Shown here: in pieces, positions 9,697 through 18,170 of the stretch | Layout of the letters: each line of letters begins with the position of its first letter | Position numbering within the stretch: position 1 is the first letter of the stretch | NCBI GenBank assembly: GCA_039818285.1 | Contig: JBCBUE010000028.1 | Location: 1 to 40,292, forward strand | Direction: 5' to 3' | Source of the DNA: Planctomycetota bacterium | Lineage (GTDB): Bacteria; Planctomycetota; Phycisphaerae; Phycisphaerales; Phycisphaeraceae | Length of the DNA: 40,292 bases | The notes under the pieces: generated by a model | What the model saw: only the letters and a program-made list of their open reading frames with translations | Told to the model about the DNA's origin: nothing | Databases searched by the model: none | Program-made: the position numbers and the translations under genes

Positions 9697-9976
9697 CCAG
9701 AGCGCGCCGCGGCAGCCCCCGCCAAGGATCGCCCGATAACGGCCGCGGCCCTGTTCAACTCAAGCGACCGCGTCGGGTTCGATCGTGCGCCGAGTTTGAC
9801 TTGCGCCGGTTGTGCGTGTCCGGGCGGCGATTGGTTCGCCTGTGTCGTCGGTGGGGCCGGGGGCGTCTTTTCGTGTCGTGCCGATTAAGGGAGGGCCCGT
9901 AGCGGTCGATGATTCAGCAGTCGGGAAGGAGAGACACCCGACCTGGAGGGACCCTGGGAGAAAGGGTAAACCGCGT

Positions 9977-10555
9977 ATGCCACGACAGAAAGACATCCTG
10001 ACCACCGGCGAGGTCGCGAAGATCTGCAACGTCGCCCCCCGCACCGTCTCCAAGTGGTTCGATTCCGGCCAGCTCCGCGGCTACCGGATCCCGGGCTCCA
10101 AGGACCGTCGCATCCCCCTCAACGCCCTCATCCGATTCATGAAGGCCCACCACATCCCGATGGACAACCTCCAGTCGGGCCGGGTCCGCGTGCTGATCGT
10201 CGATGGCGAGTCGGAGATCCTCGACGTCCTCGAGAAGGTCCTCGTCGAGCAGGCGAGCTACGACGTCAAGACGGCGCACACCGGCTTCGCGGCCGGCGTC
10301 GAGTGCGAGAAGTTCCGCCCGCACGTCATGCTCGTCGACATGCACCTGTCCGACGTCAAGGGCGAGGACATCCTCAAGCTCGTCAAGGACAACGCCGACC
10401 TCCCGGGCACCCAGGTCATCGCGATGAGCGGCAAGCTCACCGACGGCCAGGCCCAGCACCTGATGAACAACGGCTTCGACGGCTACCTCCGCAAGCCGTT
10501 CCACGTGCGTCAGGTCATCGAGCAGATCGAACGCGCCCACGCCAGCCCGGTGTGA
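9977..10555 (+). CDS. response regulator with N-terminal excisionase/MerR-type HTH (HTH_17-like) and C-terminal receiver domain
   Basis: ATG at 9977 with GGGAGAAAGGG upstream. The N-terminus (LTTGEVAKICNVAPRTVSKWFDSGQLRGYRIPG..RRIP) matches the Xis-type HTH. The C-terminus has all receiver signature residues (VDGES, MLVDMHL, IAMSG, YLRKPF). Confidence 0.8.
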   Translation: MPRQKDILTTGEVAKICNVAPRTVSKWFDSGQLRGYRIPGSKDRRIPLNALIRFMKAHHIPMDNLQSGRVRVLIVDGESEILDVLEKVLVEQASYDVKTAHTGFAAGVECEKFRPHVMLVDMHLSDVKGEDILKLVKDNADLPGTQVIAMSGKLTDGQAQHLMNNGFDGYLRKPFHVRQVIEQIERAHASPV

Positions 10556-10656
10556 GCAGAACCATACTCTCGCCTCGCGGTACGGACACCGCGAGACGCC
10601 AGGCGTCACGGACGATCCCAGGGTGGAACCCCGGACGCAGCCAGGCAATCCGACGA

Positions 10657-10696
10657 CCCCGCTTGTGGAGGCGCAGGCGGGGTTGTTGTTTTGGTT
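10657..10696 (+). terminator. Rho-independent terminator of the HTH-REC regulator gene
   Basis: 9-bp stem CCCCGCTTG/CAGGCGGGG (one G-U pair), 8-nt loop, followed by TTGTTGTTTTGGTT. Confidence 0.65.
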
Positions 10697-10780
10697 AGGC
10701 GCTAGGGGTTAGGCGCTGGGCGCTAGGCCACACCTCGGCACCCAGACCTAGCGCCGAGCGCCTAAACGCTAGCGCCTAGC
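10694..10780. repeat. long imperfect inverted repeat built from TAGGCGC(T) units (arms ~34 bp, spacer ~19 bp)
   Basis: 5' arm gttaggcgctaggggttaggcgctgggcgctagg (10694-10727). The reverse complement of the 3' arm (10747-10780) is gctaggcgctagcgtttaggcgctcggcgctagg, about 85% identical to the 5' arm. The 3' arm overlaps the egtD stop codon. Confidence 0.6.
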
Positions 10781-11747
10781 TCCGCACCTCGTAGTACCGC
10801 ACGGCGAACCAGCCGCGGTCGTCGGTCCAGTAGCCGACGGGCTCGAAGGCGTCGGCGATCAGGTCGAACGAGTGGCGGGTGTACTTGTGGCTGAGCTCGG
10901 TGCGGATCGTCTCGCCGGCCGCGAAGGCGAAGCGTTGGCCGGCGAGGGTGAAGGCGGTGTCGCGCTCGGCGACGAGGTGCATCTCGATGCGGGACTTGGC
11001 GTCGTTCCAGTCGGCGCGGTGGGTGAAGGCGGCCGCGTCGAGGTCGGCGTCGGCGAGGCGGGCGAGGTGGATCAGGGCGTTGACGTTGAAGGCGGCGGTG
11101 ACGCCGTGCTCGTCGTTGTAGGCGCGGCGGAGGACGTCGGCGTCCTTGCGGAGGTCGGTGCCGATGAGCAGGCCGCCCTCGGGGCCCACTAGTTCGGCGA
11201 GCAGATTGAGGAAGGTGCGGGCGTCGTCGGCGCGGAAGTTGCCGATGGTCGAGCCCGGGAAATAGACCACGCGCTTGCGCTCGGGGCGGGGGGCGTCGGG
11301 CAGCTCGACGCGGTGGGTGTAGTCGGCGCAGACGGGGAGGATGTCGATGTCGGTGTATCGCTCGGCGAGGCGGTGGGCGGACTCGAGCAGGTGCTTGCGC
11401 GAGATCTCGATGGGGGCGTAGGCGACGGGGTCGTCGAGGGCGTCGAGCAGGAGGTGGACCTTGGCCGACGAGCCGGAGCCGGGCTCGGCGAGGTAGGCGT
11501 TGGGGCCGATGGCGCTGGCGATGTCGGTCGCGTGGTCGCGCATGATGGTGAGTTCGGTGCGCGTGGGGTAGTAGGCGTCGAGCTCGGTGATGCGGTCGAA
11601 GAGGTGGCTGCCGACGCGGTCGTAGAAGAGCTTGCAGGGCAGCGTGGGCTGTTGCTCGGAGAGGCCGGCGACGGCCTCGGCGACGAGGTCGCCGACGGGC
11701 GGGTGCAGGTCGAGCAGGCGCGGCGGGGCGGCGGTGAAGGTCGTGAT
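10776..11747 (-). CDS. egtD: L-histidine N-alpha-methyltransferase EgtD (ergothioneine biosynthesis). The first canonical start is the ATG at 11543, but the conserved N-terminus extends upstream.
   Basis: GSGSSAKVHLLLDAL SAM motif and the C-terminal pattern (TELSHKYT...WTDD..WFAV) are EgtD-like. Upstream of the ATG at 11543 the same frame stays open and encodes DLVAEAVAGLSEQQPTLPCKLFYDRVGSHLFDRITELDAYYPTRTE, which aligns to the EgtD N-terminus. That stretch contains no ATG, GTG or TTG. An in-frame ATC at 11747..11745 preceded by AGGGGAA would give a homolog-like N-terminal length. Confidence 0.8.
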   Translation of the reverse strand: MTTFTAAPPRLLDLHPPVGDLVAEAVAGLSEQQPTLPCKLFYDRVGSHLFDRITELDAYYPTRTELTIMRDHATDIASAIGPNAYLAEPGSGSSAKVHLLLDALDDPVAYAPIEISRKHLLESAHRLAERYTDIDILPVCADYTHRVELPDAPRPERKRVVYFPGSTIGNFRADDARTFLNLLAELVGPEGGLLIGTDLRKDADVLRRAYNDEHGVTAAFNVNALIHLARLADADLDAAAFTHRADWNDAKSRIEMHLVAERDTAFTLAGQRFAFAAGETIRTELSHKYTRHSFDLIADAFEPVGYWTDDRGWFAVRYYEVRS

Positions 11748-11794
11748 GGCGTTCCCCTGATCAAAGAACGTGGGTGTGGGCGAGCGACGTCGGG

Positions 11795-13156
11795 TCAGAG
11801 CGAGCGGGCGAGCCGGACGCCGGTGAACTGCCAGCGGGCGGCGGGGTCGAAGAAGTTGCGATAGGTCGGGCGGATGTGGGACGCGGGCGTGGCGACCGAT
11901 CCGCCACGCAGGACGTATTGGTTACACATGAACTTGCCGTTGTACTCGCCGAGGGCGCCGGGCAGCGGGGCGTAGCCGGGATAGCCGACGTAGGGCGAGG
12001 ACGTCCACTCCCAGACGGTGCCGAAGGGCTGGAGGAGGTTTGGCGGCTTGGCGGTCTGGTGGCTTGGTGACTGAGTTGCCGGGCGGGGGTGGAAGTCGAG
12101 GGTGTCGGCGAAGTGGCCATCGGGGGCTGCGCCGGGGTTGGTGGTGAAGGCGTCGCGGCAGGCGACTTCCCACTCGGCTTCGGTTGGGAGTCGGTGGCCG
12201 GCCCAGCGGGCGTAGGCGTCGGCCTCGAAGAAGCTGAGGTGGCAGGCGGGCTCGTCGGGGTCCAGCGGGACGGGGCCGTGCATCGTGAATTGCATCCACC
12301 GGCCGGTGCCCACGGCGTCGTCGCGATACCAGTAGATGGGGTGTTTCCAGCCCTGCTGCTGGACGGTCGCCCAGCCGAGGCTCAGCCAGAGGTCGTGGCG
12401 GTCGTACCCGCCGTCGTCGATGAAGGCGAGGAACTCGGCGTTGGTGACCGTGCGGTTGGCGACCGCGAAGGGCTCAAGCCAGTGCTTGTGCCTCGGCGTC
12501 TCGTTATCGAAGCAGAAGCCGTCGTGGTCCGCGGGCAGGCCGACGGCGTTCATGCCGCCGGGGTGATCGACCCAAGCGAGCGGTGCGCTTGAGGCGGGCT
12601 CGGAGACGGACTCGGTGGCGTGATAGGCGGGCAGCAGGGGGTTGGAGGAGAAGACGTGCTTGAGGTCGGTGACCATCAGCTCCTGGTGCTGCTGCTCGTG
12701 GTGCAGGCCGAGGACCATGACGTCGTTGAACTCGGCTTGCTGCTCGGGGTCGAACGCCGGGGAGCGATCGATGAGATCGAGGACGGCGTCGTCGATCGTG
12801 CGGCGGTAGTCGAGCACCTCATGGACGGTGGGGCGCGAGAGCTTGCCGCGGGCCGGTCGGCAGTGCATCGGGCCCACGGTGTTGTAGTAGCTGTTGAAGA
12901 GGAAGTCGTATCGCGGGTGAAACTCGGCGTAGTCGGGGTGGAACCGCTTGAGGACGAATCGCTCGAAGAACCAGGTGGTGTGGGCGAGGTGCCACTTGGT
13001 GGGGCTGACGTCCTCGCAGGACTGGATGCAGAAGTCCTCGACGGCGAGGGGGCGGGTGATGGCGAGGGTGGCGGCGCGGACGCGGCGGAAGCGATCGGGC
13101 AGCGTGGCCGCCGGGGCGTGGCGAGGTGGCGTGGCGGCGGGAGTGCTCGCGGTCAT
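11795..13156 (-). CDS. egtB: hercynine oxygenase / sulfoxide synthase EgtB (DinB-like N-domain plus FGE-sulfatase-like C-domain)
   Basis: 453 aa. The N-terminal DinB_2-like region carries the metal-binding pattern (HLAHTTWFFERF) and the C-terminal FGE-like region carries GTVWEWTSSPY. It lies immediately upstream of egtD. Confidence 0.9.
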   Translation of the reverse strand: MTASTPAATPPRHAPAATLPDRFRRVRAATLAITRPLAVEDFCIQSCEDVSPTKWHLAHTTWFFERFVLKRFHPDYAEFHPRYDFLFNSYYNTVGPMHCRPARGKLSRPTVHEVLDYRRTIDDAVLDLIDRSPAFDPEQQAEFNDVMVLGLHHEQQHQELMVTDLKHVFSSNPLLPAYHATESVSEPASSAPLAWVDHPGGMNAVGLPADHDGFCFDNETPRHKHWLEPFAVANRTVTNAEFLAFIDDGGYDRHDLWLSLGWATVQQQGWKHPIYWYRDDAVGTGRWMQFTMHGPVPLDPDEPACHLSFFEADAYARWAGHRLPTEAEWEVACRDAFTTNPGAAPDGHFADTLDFHPRPATQSPSHQTAKPPNLLQPFGTVWEWTSSPYVGYPGYAPLPGALGEYNGKFMCNQYVLRGGSVATPASHIRPTYRNFFDPAARWQFTGVRLARSL

Positions 13157-13279
13157 GGTCGGTCCGGCCGTGGCGATGGTGTCACGCTAGAGGTGGAATC
13201 GAGCGGGGGCAACCCGCGTGGCAAAAAGGGGTGCGGGAGGTTGCTACCCTTCGTCGGTCGCATTCAAGGAGAACCCGCC

Positions 13280-14044
13280 ATGACCACGACCGCCGCGCAC
13301 GATTTCGGCGTGCAGAGCTACTGCTTCCGGACCACGAAAGACAATGCCGTGCTGGCCGGCCAGGTCAGGGACCTGGGGCTGGACAAGGTCGAGCTGTGCG
13401 CGGTGCACGCCGACTTCGGCGACCCCAAGGGGTTCGAGGCGATCGTGAAGACCTACGCCGACGCGGGCGTGTCGATCGTGTCGCTGGGGGTGCAGACGTT
13501 CGTCGGTGACGCGACCGAGCGGGCGTGGTTCGACTGCGCCGCGGCCGCGGGCGCCAAGCACATCTCGGCGCACTTCAAGGTCGACAGCTTCGCTGAGGCG
13601 GTGCCCAAGACCGCGGCGCTCTGCGAGGAGTACGGCGTCCGCTTGGCGATCCACTGCCACGGCGGTTTCATGTTCGGCGGGTCGCCGGACGTGTTGAGTC
13701 ACCTGCTCGAGCTGGGCGGGCCATCGATCGGCCTGTGCCTCGACACGGCGTGGTGCCTGCAGATCGGGCCCAAGCGCGGCAAGCCCGTGCAGTGGGCGGC
13801 CGAGACGTTCAAGGGTCGCGTCTACGGCGTGCATTACAAGGACTTCGTGTTTGACCGCGACGCGACGTGGAACGACGTGATCGTCGGCACGGGGAACCTC
13901 GATCTGCCGGCGTTCGTGAAAGCGCTCGATTCGACGGACTTCGACGGGTACGCGGTAATCGAATACGAGGCCGATCCGGACAATCCGCTGCCGGCGCTGA
14001 CCAAGTGCGTCGAGCAGATGCGCGAGCAGACGGCCACCGCTTGA
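13280..14044 (+). CDS. sugar phosphate isomerase/epimerase (xylose isomerase-like TIM barrel)
   Basis: ATG at 13280 with a canonical AAGGAG SD 8 nt upstream. 254 aa with a typical AP-endonuclease-2/XylA-like barrel pattern (LAIHCHGG, VHYKD, IEYE). Confidence 0.85.
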   Translation: MTTTAAHDFGVQSYCFRTTKDNAVLAGQVRDLGLDKVELCAVHADFGDPKGFEAIVKTYADAGVSIVSLGVQTFVGDATERAWFDCAAAAGAKHISAHFKVDSFAEAVPKTAALCEEYGVRLAIHCHGGFMFGGSPDVLSHLLELGGPSIGLCLDTAWCLQIGPKRGKPVQWAAETFKGRVYGVHYKDFVFDRDATWNDVIVGTGNLDLPAFVKALDSTDFDGYAVIEYEADPDNPLPALTKCVEQMREQTATA

Positions 14045-14467
14045 TCACCCGGCTGCGGGCACGCCGTCGAACCTGGCTTTGGCCTCGGGCCGGCTGAGCA
14101 CGATGATGCTGAAAACGCCCAGCACGGTGCCGAAGGGCATGAACAGGCACTGGATCCCCGAGGTGACGAAGCAGAATTGGTAGCGTCGGCGAGCCTTGAT
14201 ACGCCGGCCGCAGATCAGGGACAGGACGGCGATCGCCCATGCCGGCAGGATGAAGCAGAACGGGAAGAGGATGAAGATCCACGGGAAGAAGGGCGGCGGG
14301 GGCGGCTGATCATCGGGGAAGTCGACGAAGAGGAAGACCAGGCCCATCGCGACGTGGAGCAGCGGGAAGCAGCCGATGAGGGCGGCGATGCCGGCGACGA
14401 TGTAGTTGAAGACGCCAAGCAGGTCGAGGTGCTGGTCGGTCGAGTCGCGTGCGATGGGTTCGTTCAT
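14045..14467 (-). CDS. small polytopic membrane protein, paralog A of a tandem pair (function unknown)
   Basis: 140 aa. Shares with its upstream neighbour the pattern FD.LG..NY..G.......P......G.......D...PPP.F, then CGRR..ARR....C......QCL.MP.GT.LGV..II.L.....KA.FD. Confidence 0.6.
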   Translation of the reverse strand: MNEPIARDSTDQHLDLLGVFNYIVAGIAALIGCFPLLHVAMGLVFLFVDFPDDQPPPPPFFPWIFILFPFCFILPAWAIAVLSLICGRRIKARRRYQFCFVTSGIQCLFMPFGTVLGVFSIIVLSRPEAKARFDGVPAAG

Positions 14468-14515
14468 GCGTTCGCCGCCGGGTCGATCGCATCGTGGAAG
14501 GTCGGCGGAGCCAGC

Positions 14516-14968
14516 CTAGTCATTGCCGATGGCTTGGGCTTGGTCGAACTCGGCTTTCTTGTCGGTTTGCAGCAGGAAGATGATGGTGGTGACGCCAAGG
14601 GCGGTGCCGAGGGGCATGTTGAGGCACTGGAGGATGGCGTTGACGAGGCAGAGGGTGTGGCCGCGCCTGGCTCGCAGGCGGCCGGCGCAGAGGAAGGCGA
14701 GCGCGGCGTAGACGATCGGGAACACGGCGCAGGAACCCATCAGAAAGAAGATGAATTCCGGCGGCGGCGCGTTGGGGTCGTTGTCGAACTCCGAACCGTC
14801 GATCACGCCCGAGATCATGAGCACGCCCAGCACGATGTAGAACACCGGGCACAGCGTGACCAGCAGCATCAGCCCGCCGTAGACGTAGTTGAGGATGCCG
14901 AGCACGTCGAAGACGCCGGAGCGAGGCGGCGGGGCGGACGGCGTGACAGGCGGCGTCGGGTCTTCCAT
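14516..14968 (-). CDS. small polytopic membrane protein, paralog B of a tandem pair (function unknown)
   Basis: 150-aa tail of ORF-track frame 14516..16501, starting at MEDPTPP with GGAGGG 6 nt upstream. Same conserved motif set as 14045..14467. Confidence 0.6.
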   Translation of the reverse strand: MEDPTPPVTPSAPPPRSGVFDVLGILNYVYGGLMLLVTLCPVFYIVLGVLMISGVIDGSEFDNDPNAPPPEFIFFLMGSCAVFPIVYAALAFLCAGRLRARRGHTLCLVNAILQCLNMPLGTALGVTTIIFLLQTDKKAEFDQAQAIGND

Positions 14969-14985
14969 GCGGGTCCCTCCTCGGG

Positions 14986-16809
14986 TTATTGATTCACGGC
15001 GATCTGCTCGAATCGCCAGCGGCCCCAGGCGTTGGGCGCGATGCCCGTGACGCGCTGCGGGTCCCAGCAGTCGACGAAGACGTACTGATACAGAAACAGC
15101 ATCGGCTGGTCGGCGATCAGCATGGCCTCGGCCTGGGTGAGGGTGGCGAGGCGCTCTTCGCCGGTCTGGGTCGCGGCGAGGTCGAGCAGGGCGTCGTAGT
15201 CGGGGTTGGCGTAGGCGGCGTCGTTGTTGCCGCCGCCGGTGCGCATCTTGTCGAGGAAGGTGGTGGGGTCGGGGTAGTCGCCGATCCAGGAGGCGCGGGT
15301 GATGGAGAACTGGTGGTTGCGGAGTCGGGTGGAGAAGGCCTTGCCGTCGAGGCCCTCGAGGGAGACCTCGACGCCGAGCTCGCGTTGCCACATGCCCTGG
15401 ATGGCCTGGGCGATGAGCTCGTGGCCCTGGCCGGTGTTGTAAAGGATGGACAGGCCGTCGAGGCCGCGGCCCTCGGTGTGGCCGGCGTCGACGAGCAGGG
15501 CGCGGGCTGCGTCGGGGTCGAAGGTGACGCCGTCGGTGGGCGAGGCGTAGCCAGCCATGGAGCCGGGGGGGATGAAGGTGGTGGCGATGGGCTGATTGAG
15601 GCGGGTGATCTGCTCGACGATGCGTTGGCGGTCGACGGCGAGGGAGAAGGCGGCGCGGACGCGGGGGTCGACGAGCGGGTTGGGCCGGCCGTCGGGGAGG
15701 GTGGGCGAGCAGTTGTAGTTGTAGAAGTAGGTGCCGGCGATTGGGGCCGCGTGGACGTCGGATCGGCCGGACTGGACGAGCTCGGCGGCGACCGGGGCGG
15801 TGGAGGGGACGGCGATCCAGATGTCGGCGTCGCCGGAGCGGTAGACGAGCAGGGCGGACTGGGCGTCGGAGGCGATGAGCTCGCGGACGTAGCCGTTGGC
15901 GACTTGGTCGGCGGCCCAGTAGTGCGGCTGGGCGACCATGAGGGTGGACTCGCGGTGCTTGCGCTCGGTGAGGCGGTACGGGCCGTTGGTGATCAGGCGG
16001 GCGGGGTCGGACCAATAGGCGGGGTCGACGCGGACCATGCCGGTGGTGGCGTCGAGGGTGGTGGCGAGCTCGACGGATTCGCGGTGGTTGGGGACGAAGG
16101 TGATGAAGCTGACCAGCTCGAGGAAGTACTCGGTGGGCGCGTTGAGGGTGACGCGGAGGGTGCGGTCGTCCACGGCCTCGACGCCGACGGTGTCGTCGAA
16201 GGTTTCGTAGCAGAGATTCAGCATGGCCCGGGCGGCGTCTTGCGCGGCGTCGCCGCCCTGGGCGGAGGCCGAGCCGGAGACGCGCGCGAACTCGGCGAGC
16301 TGGTTCTTGCGGAAGTCGAAGAAGGCCGGGGCGCCCTCGATGCACTCGAACAGCTTGAAGTACTGGGCGGCGTGGTCGGGCATCATGGCGCGACGCCAGG
16401 CGTAGACGAAGTCGGGCGCGGTGAGGGGCGAGCCGTCGGACCACCTGGCGTCGGGGCGGAGGTGGAAGGTGTAGGTGAGCCGGTCGTCGGAGAGGTCCCA
16501 CGACTCGGCGACGCCGGGCTCCAGTTGCATGGTGCCGAAGTCGAGGACGACGAGCGGTCGGTAGAGGCCGCGGACGAAGCGGATGTCCTGGGACCAGCTC
16601 ATGCGCTGGGGGTCGAACTCGTTGTGGGTGGAGGCGTTGACGTAGGTGAGGCCGGGCTTGCCGTTGCCGGGGGTGGCGGCATCGTTGCCGTTGCCCCCGC
16701 CGCAGCCGGCGAGGGTGAGCAGGGCGAGGGTGGCGAGGAGCAGGTGCGCGGCGAGGCGGGCGCGTGAGGCTCGGGCTTGCCGGGGACGGGCGAGGGGTTC
16801 AGCGGCCAT
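14986..16809 (-). CDS. ABC transporter substrate-binding lipoprotein, family 5 (peptide/nickel/oligosaccharide type), orphan
   Basis: Start at Met78 of the track ORF (MAAEPLARPRQ...LLATLALLTLAGCGG), which gives a signal peptide with lipobox. The rest is SBP_bac_5-like through to the C-terminus. The ATG lies 8 nt before the FKBP stop (ATGGCCGCTGA). Confidence 0.85.
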   Translation of the reverse strand: MAAEPLARPRQARASRARLAAHLLLATLALLTLAGCGGGNGNDAATPGNGKPGLTYVNASTHNEFDPQRMSWSQDIRFVRGLYRPLVVLDFGTMQLEPGVAESWDLSDDRLTYTFHLRPDARWSDGSPLTAPDFVYAWRRAMMPDHAAQYFKLFECIEGAPAFFDFRKNQLAEFARVSGSASAQGGDAAQDAARAMLNLCYETFDDTVGVEAVDDRTLRVTLNAPTEYFLELVSFITFVPNHRESVELATTLDATTGMVRVDPAYWSDPARLITNGPYRLTERKHRESTLMVAQPHYWAADQVANGYVRELIASDAQSALLVYRSGDADIWIAVPSTAPVAAELVQSGRSDVHAAPIAGTYFYNYNCSPTLPDGRPNPLVDPRVRAAFSLAVDRQRIVEQITRLNQPIATTFIPPGSMAGYASPTDGVTFDPDAARALLVDAGHTEGRGLDGLSILYNTGQGHELIAQAIQGMWQRELGVEVSLEGLDGKAFSTRLRNHQFSITRASWIGDYPDPTTFLDKMRTGGGNNDAAYANPDYDALLDLAATQTGEERLATLTQAEAMLIADQPMLFLYQYVFVDCWDPQRVTGIAPNAWGRWRFEQIAVNQ

Positions 16810-18094
16810 CGGTGATCCGGCTGAGCATGACGTCGTAGACGATGGTGGCGTCGGGGGGGATGAGCCGGCCGACGCCGCGTCGGCCGTAGGCGAGGTAGGG
16901 AGGAATCGTGATGCGTCGGGTCTCGCCGACGACCATGCCGGCGACGCCGAGGTCCAGGCCGGGGACGACTTCACCGGAGCCGACCACGAATCGCAGCGGC
17001 TCGCCCATGATGGCCGAGGAGGCGTAGGGCTCGTCGGCACCGTGTACGAGGCCGACGTACTCGAGCTCGACGCGATCGCCGGGCATGACCGTTGGGCCGT
17101 CGGTGTCGCCGGCGTCGATCACCTCGACCTCGACGCCGCGTCGGGCGCTGAGCAGCTCGACGGTGGCTCGCAGGCGCAGGCCGTCGACGCCGAGCGCCGT
17201 GTCGCCCATGGCGTCGTCCTCGATGAGCGCGGGCGGGATGACGATCTCGCGTCGCTCGCCGCGCTGCATGCCGGCGACGGCCTCGTCCCAGGCGCGCATC
17301 GCCTGGCCGGACCAGAGGACGAAGCGGAGCGGGCCGTTGCGCTGGCTGGTGTCGATGACGGCACCGGTGGCGAGTCGGACCTCGTAGTCGACGGTGACGA
17401 ACTGGCCGGCGCGGGCGGGCTCGCCGTAGCCGGGCTCGTCGACGCGGTAGCGCAGGCCCGAGGCGAGCTCTTGCCAGCCCGCTTCGAGGGCGTCGGCGGC
17501 GGGTGCGGCGGGCGGGAGAAAACCGGGACCGGCCAGGGCGTTGGTTGGCGGCGTGGGGGCGGGCGTCGTGGGCAGTGGTGTGGTGGCTGCGAGCGTCTCG
17601 ACGATCTCGGTGGTGACGGCCGTGTCGGTGTGGGCCGCGGCGGGGTCGACGGGGGGGGCTGGCGTTCCGGCGTCGCTGGCGGGTGCGGGGTTGGCGTTGT
17701 GGGGCGGTGGGGCGGTCGGCTCGCCGCCGATGAGGCCGAGCCGGGTGCCGGCGATGTAGCCGGCGATGGCGAGGATGACGAGGGCGAGGAGCAGCAGGAC
17801 CAGCTTGCGGGCGCCGCTGCCGCTGCGTCCCTTGCCGCGGGCGTCGTGGACCTGCTGGGCGGACTGCTCGTGGTGGGTCTGGCGGGCGACCTCGCCCTTG
17901 GTCTGCAGCGCGTCGTAGCGTTCGAGGTCCTTGTCGGAGCCCTTGCGGGTGGGGGCGGCGTAGTGGCCGTGGCCGTCGGGCCGCTCGACGATGTAGAAGA
18001 TGCGGCCTTCCTCGTCGCGCAGCGCCCGCCCGATATCCTGGTCGCGTGCCTTGACCGCGCGGCCGCTGTAGGGGCTGAGGACCGTAATCGGCAT
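16799..18094 (-). CDS. membrane-anchored FKBP-type peptidyl-prolyl cis-trans isomerase with two FKBP domains
   Basis: 431 aa. It has a ~95-aa cytoplasmic N-domain, one TM (LVLLLLALVILAIAGYIAG), a Pro/Thr/Ala linker, then two FKBP_C-like repeats (GQFVTVDYEV...G.V.D.S; GDRVELEYVG...G...V). Confidence 0.85.
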   Translation of the reverse strand: MPITVLSPYSGRAVKARDQDIGRALRDEEGRIFYIVERPDGHGHYAAPTRKGSDKDLERYDALQTKGEVARQTHHEQSAQQVHDARGKGRSGSGARKLVLLLLALVILAIAGYIAGTRLGLIGGEPTAPPPHNANPAPASDAGTPAPPVDPAAAHTDTAVTTEIVETLAATTPLPTTPAPTPPTNALAGPGFLPPAAPAADALEAGWQELASGLRYRVDEPGYGEPARAGQFVTVDYEVRLATGAVIDTSQRNGPLRFVLWSGQAMRAWDEAVAGMQRGERREIVIPPALIEDDAMGDTALGVDGLRLRATVELLSARRGVEVEVIDAGDTDGPTVMPGDRVELEYVGLVHGADEPYASSAIMGEPLRFVVGSGEVVPGLDLGVAGMVVGETRRITIPPYLAYGRRGVGRLIPPDATIVYDVMLSRITDGR

Positions 18095-18170
18095 AGACGA
18101 GTGAGTTTAACGGACGGCGGGGCGGGGTTCACGCGGCCGGGGGCGGGGCTGTCGACCGGCGCTCAGGTCC

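Noticed and set aside
13218-13235. sigma54-like promoter TGGCAA-N-GGTGC upstream of the sugar isomerase gene
   Set aside because: The GG-to-GC spacing is one base longer than the strict -24/-12 geometry and the -12 element is poor. I could not support a sigma54 promoter by eye.
14936-14945. Apparent single-base frame discrepancy between my manual codon tracing and the ORF track near the start of the 14516..14968 gene
   Set aside because: I attribute this to my own miscount when reading the printed sequence. The ORF-track coordinates are internally consistent (lengths divisible by 3 and translations continuous), so I used them for boundaries and did not report a frameshift.
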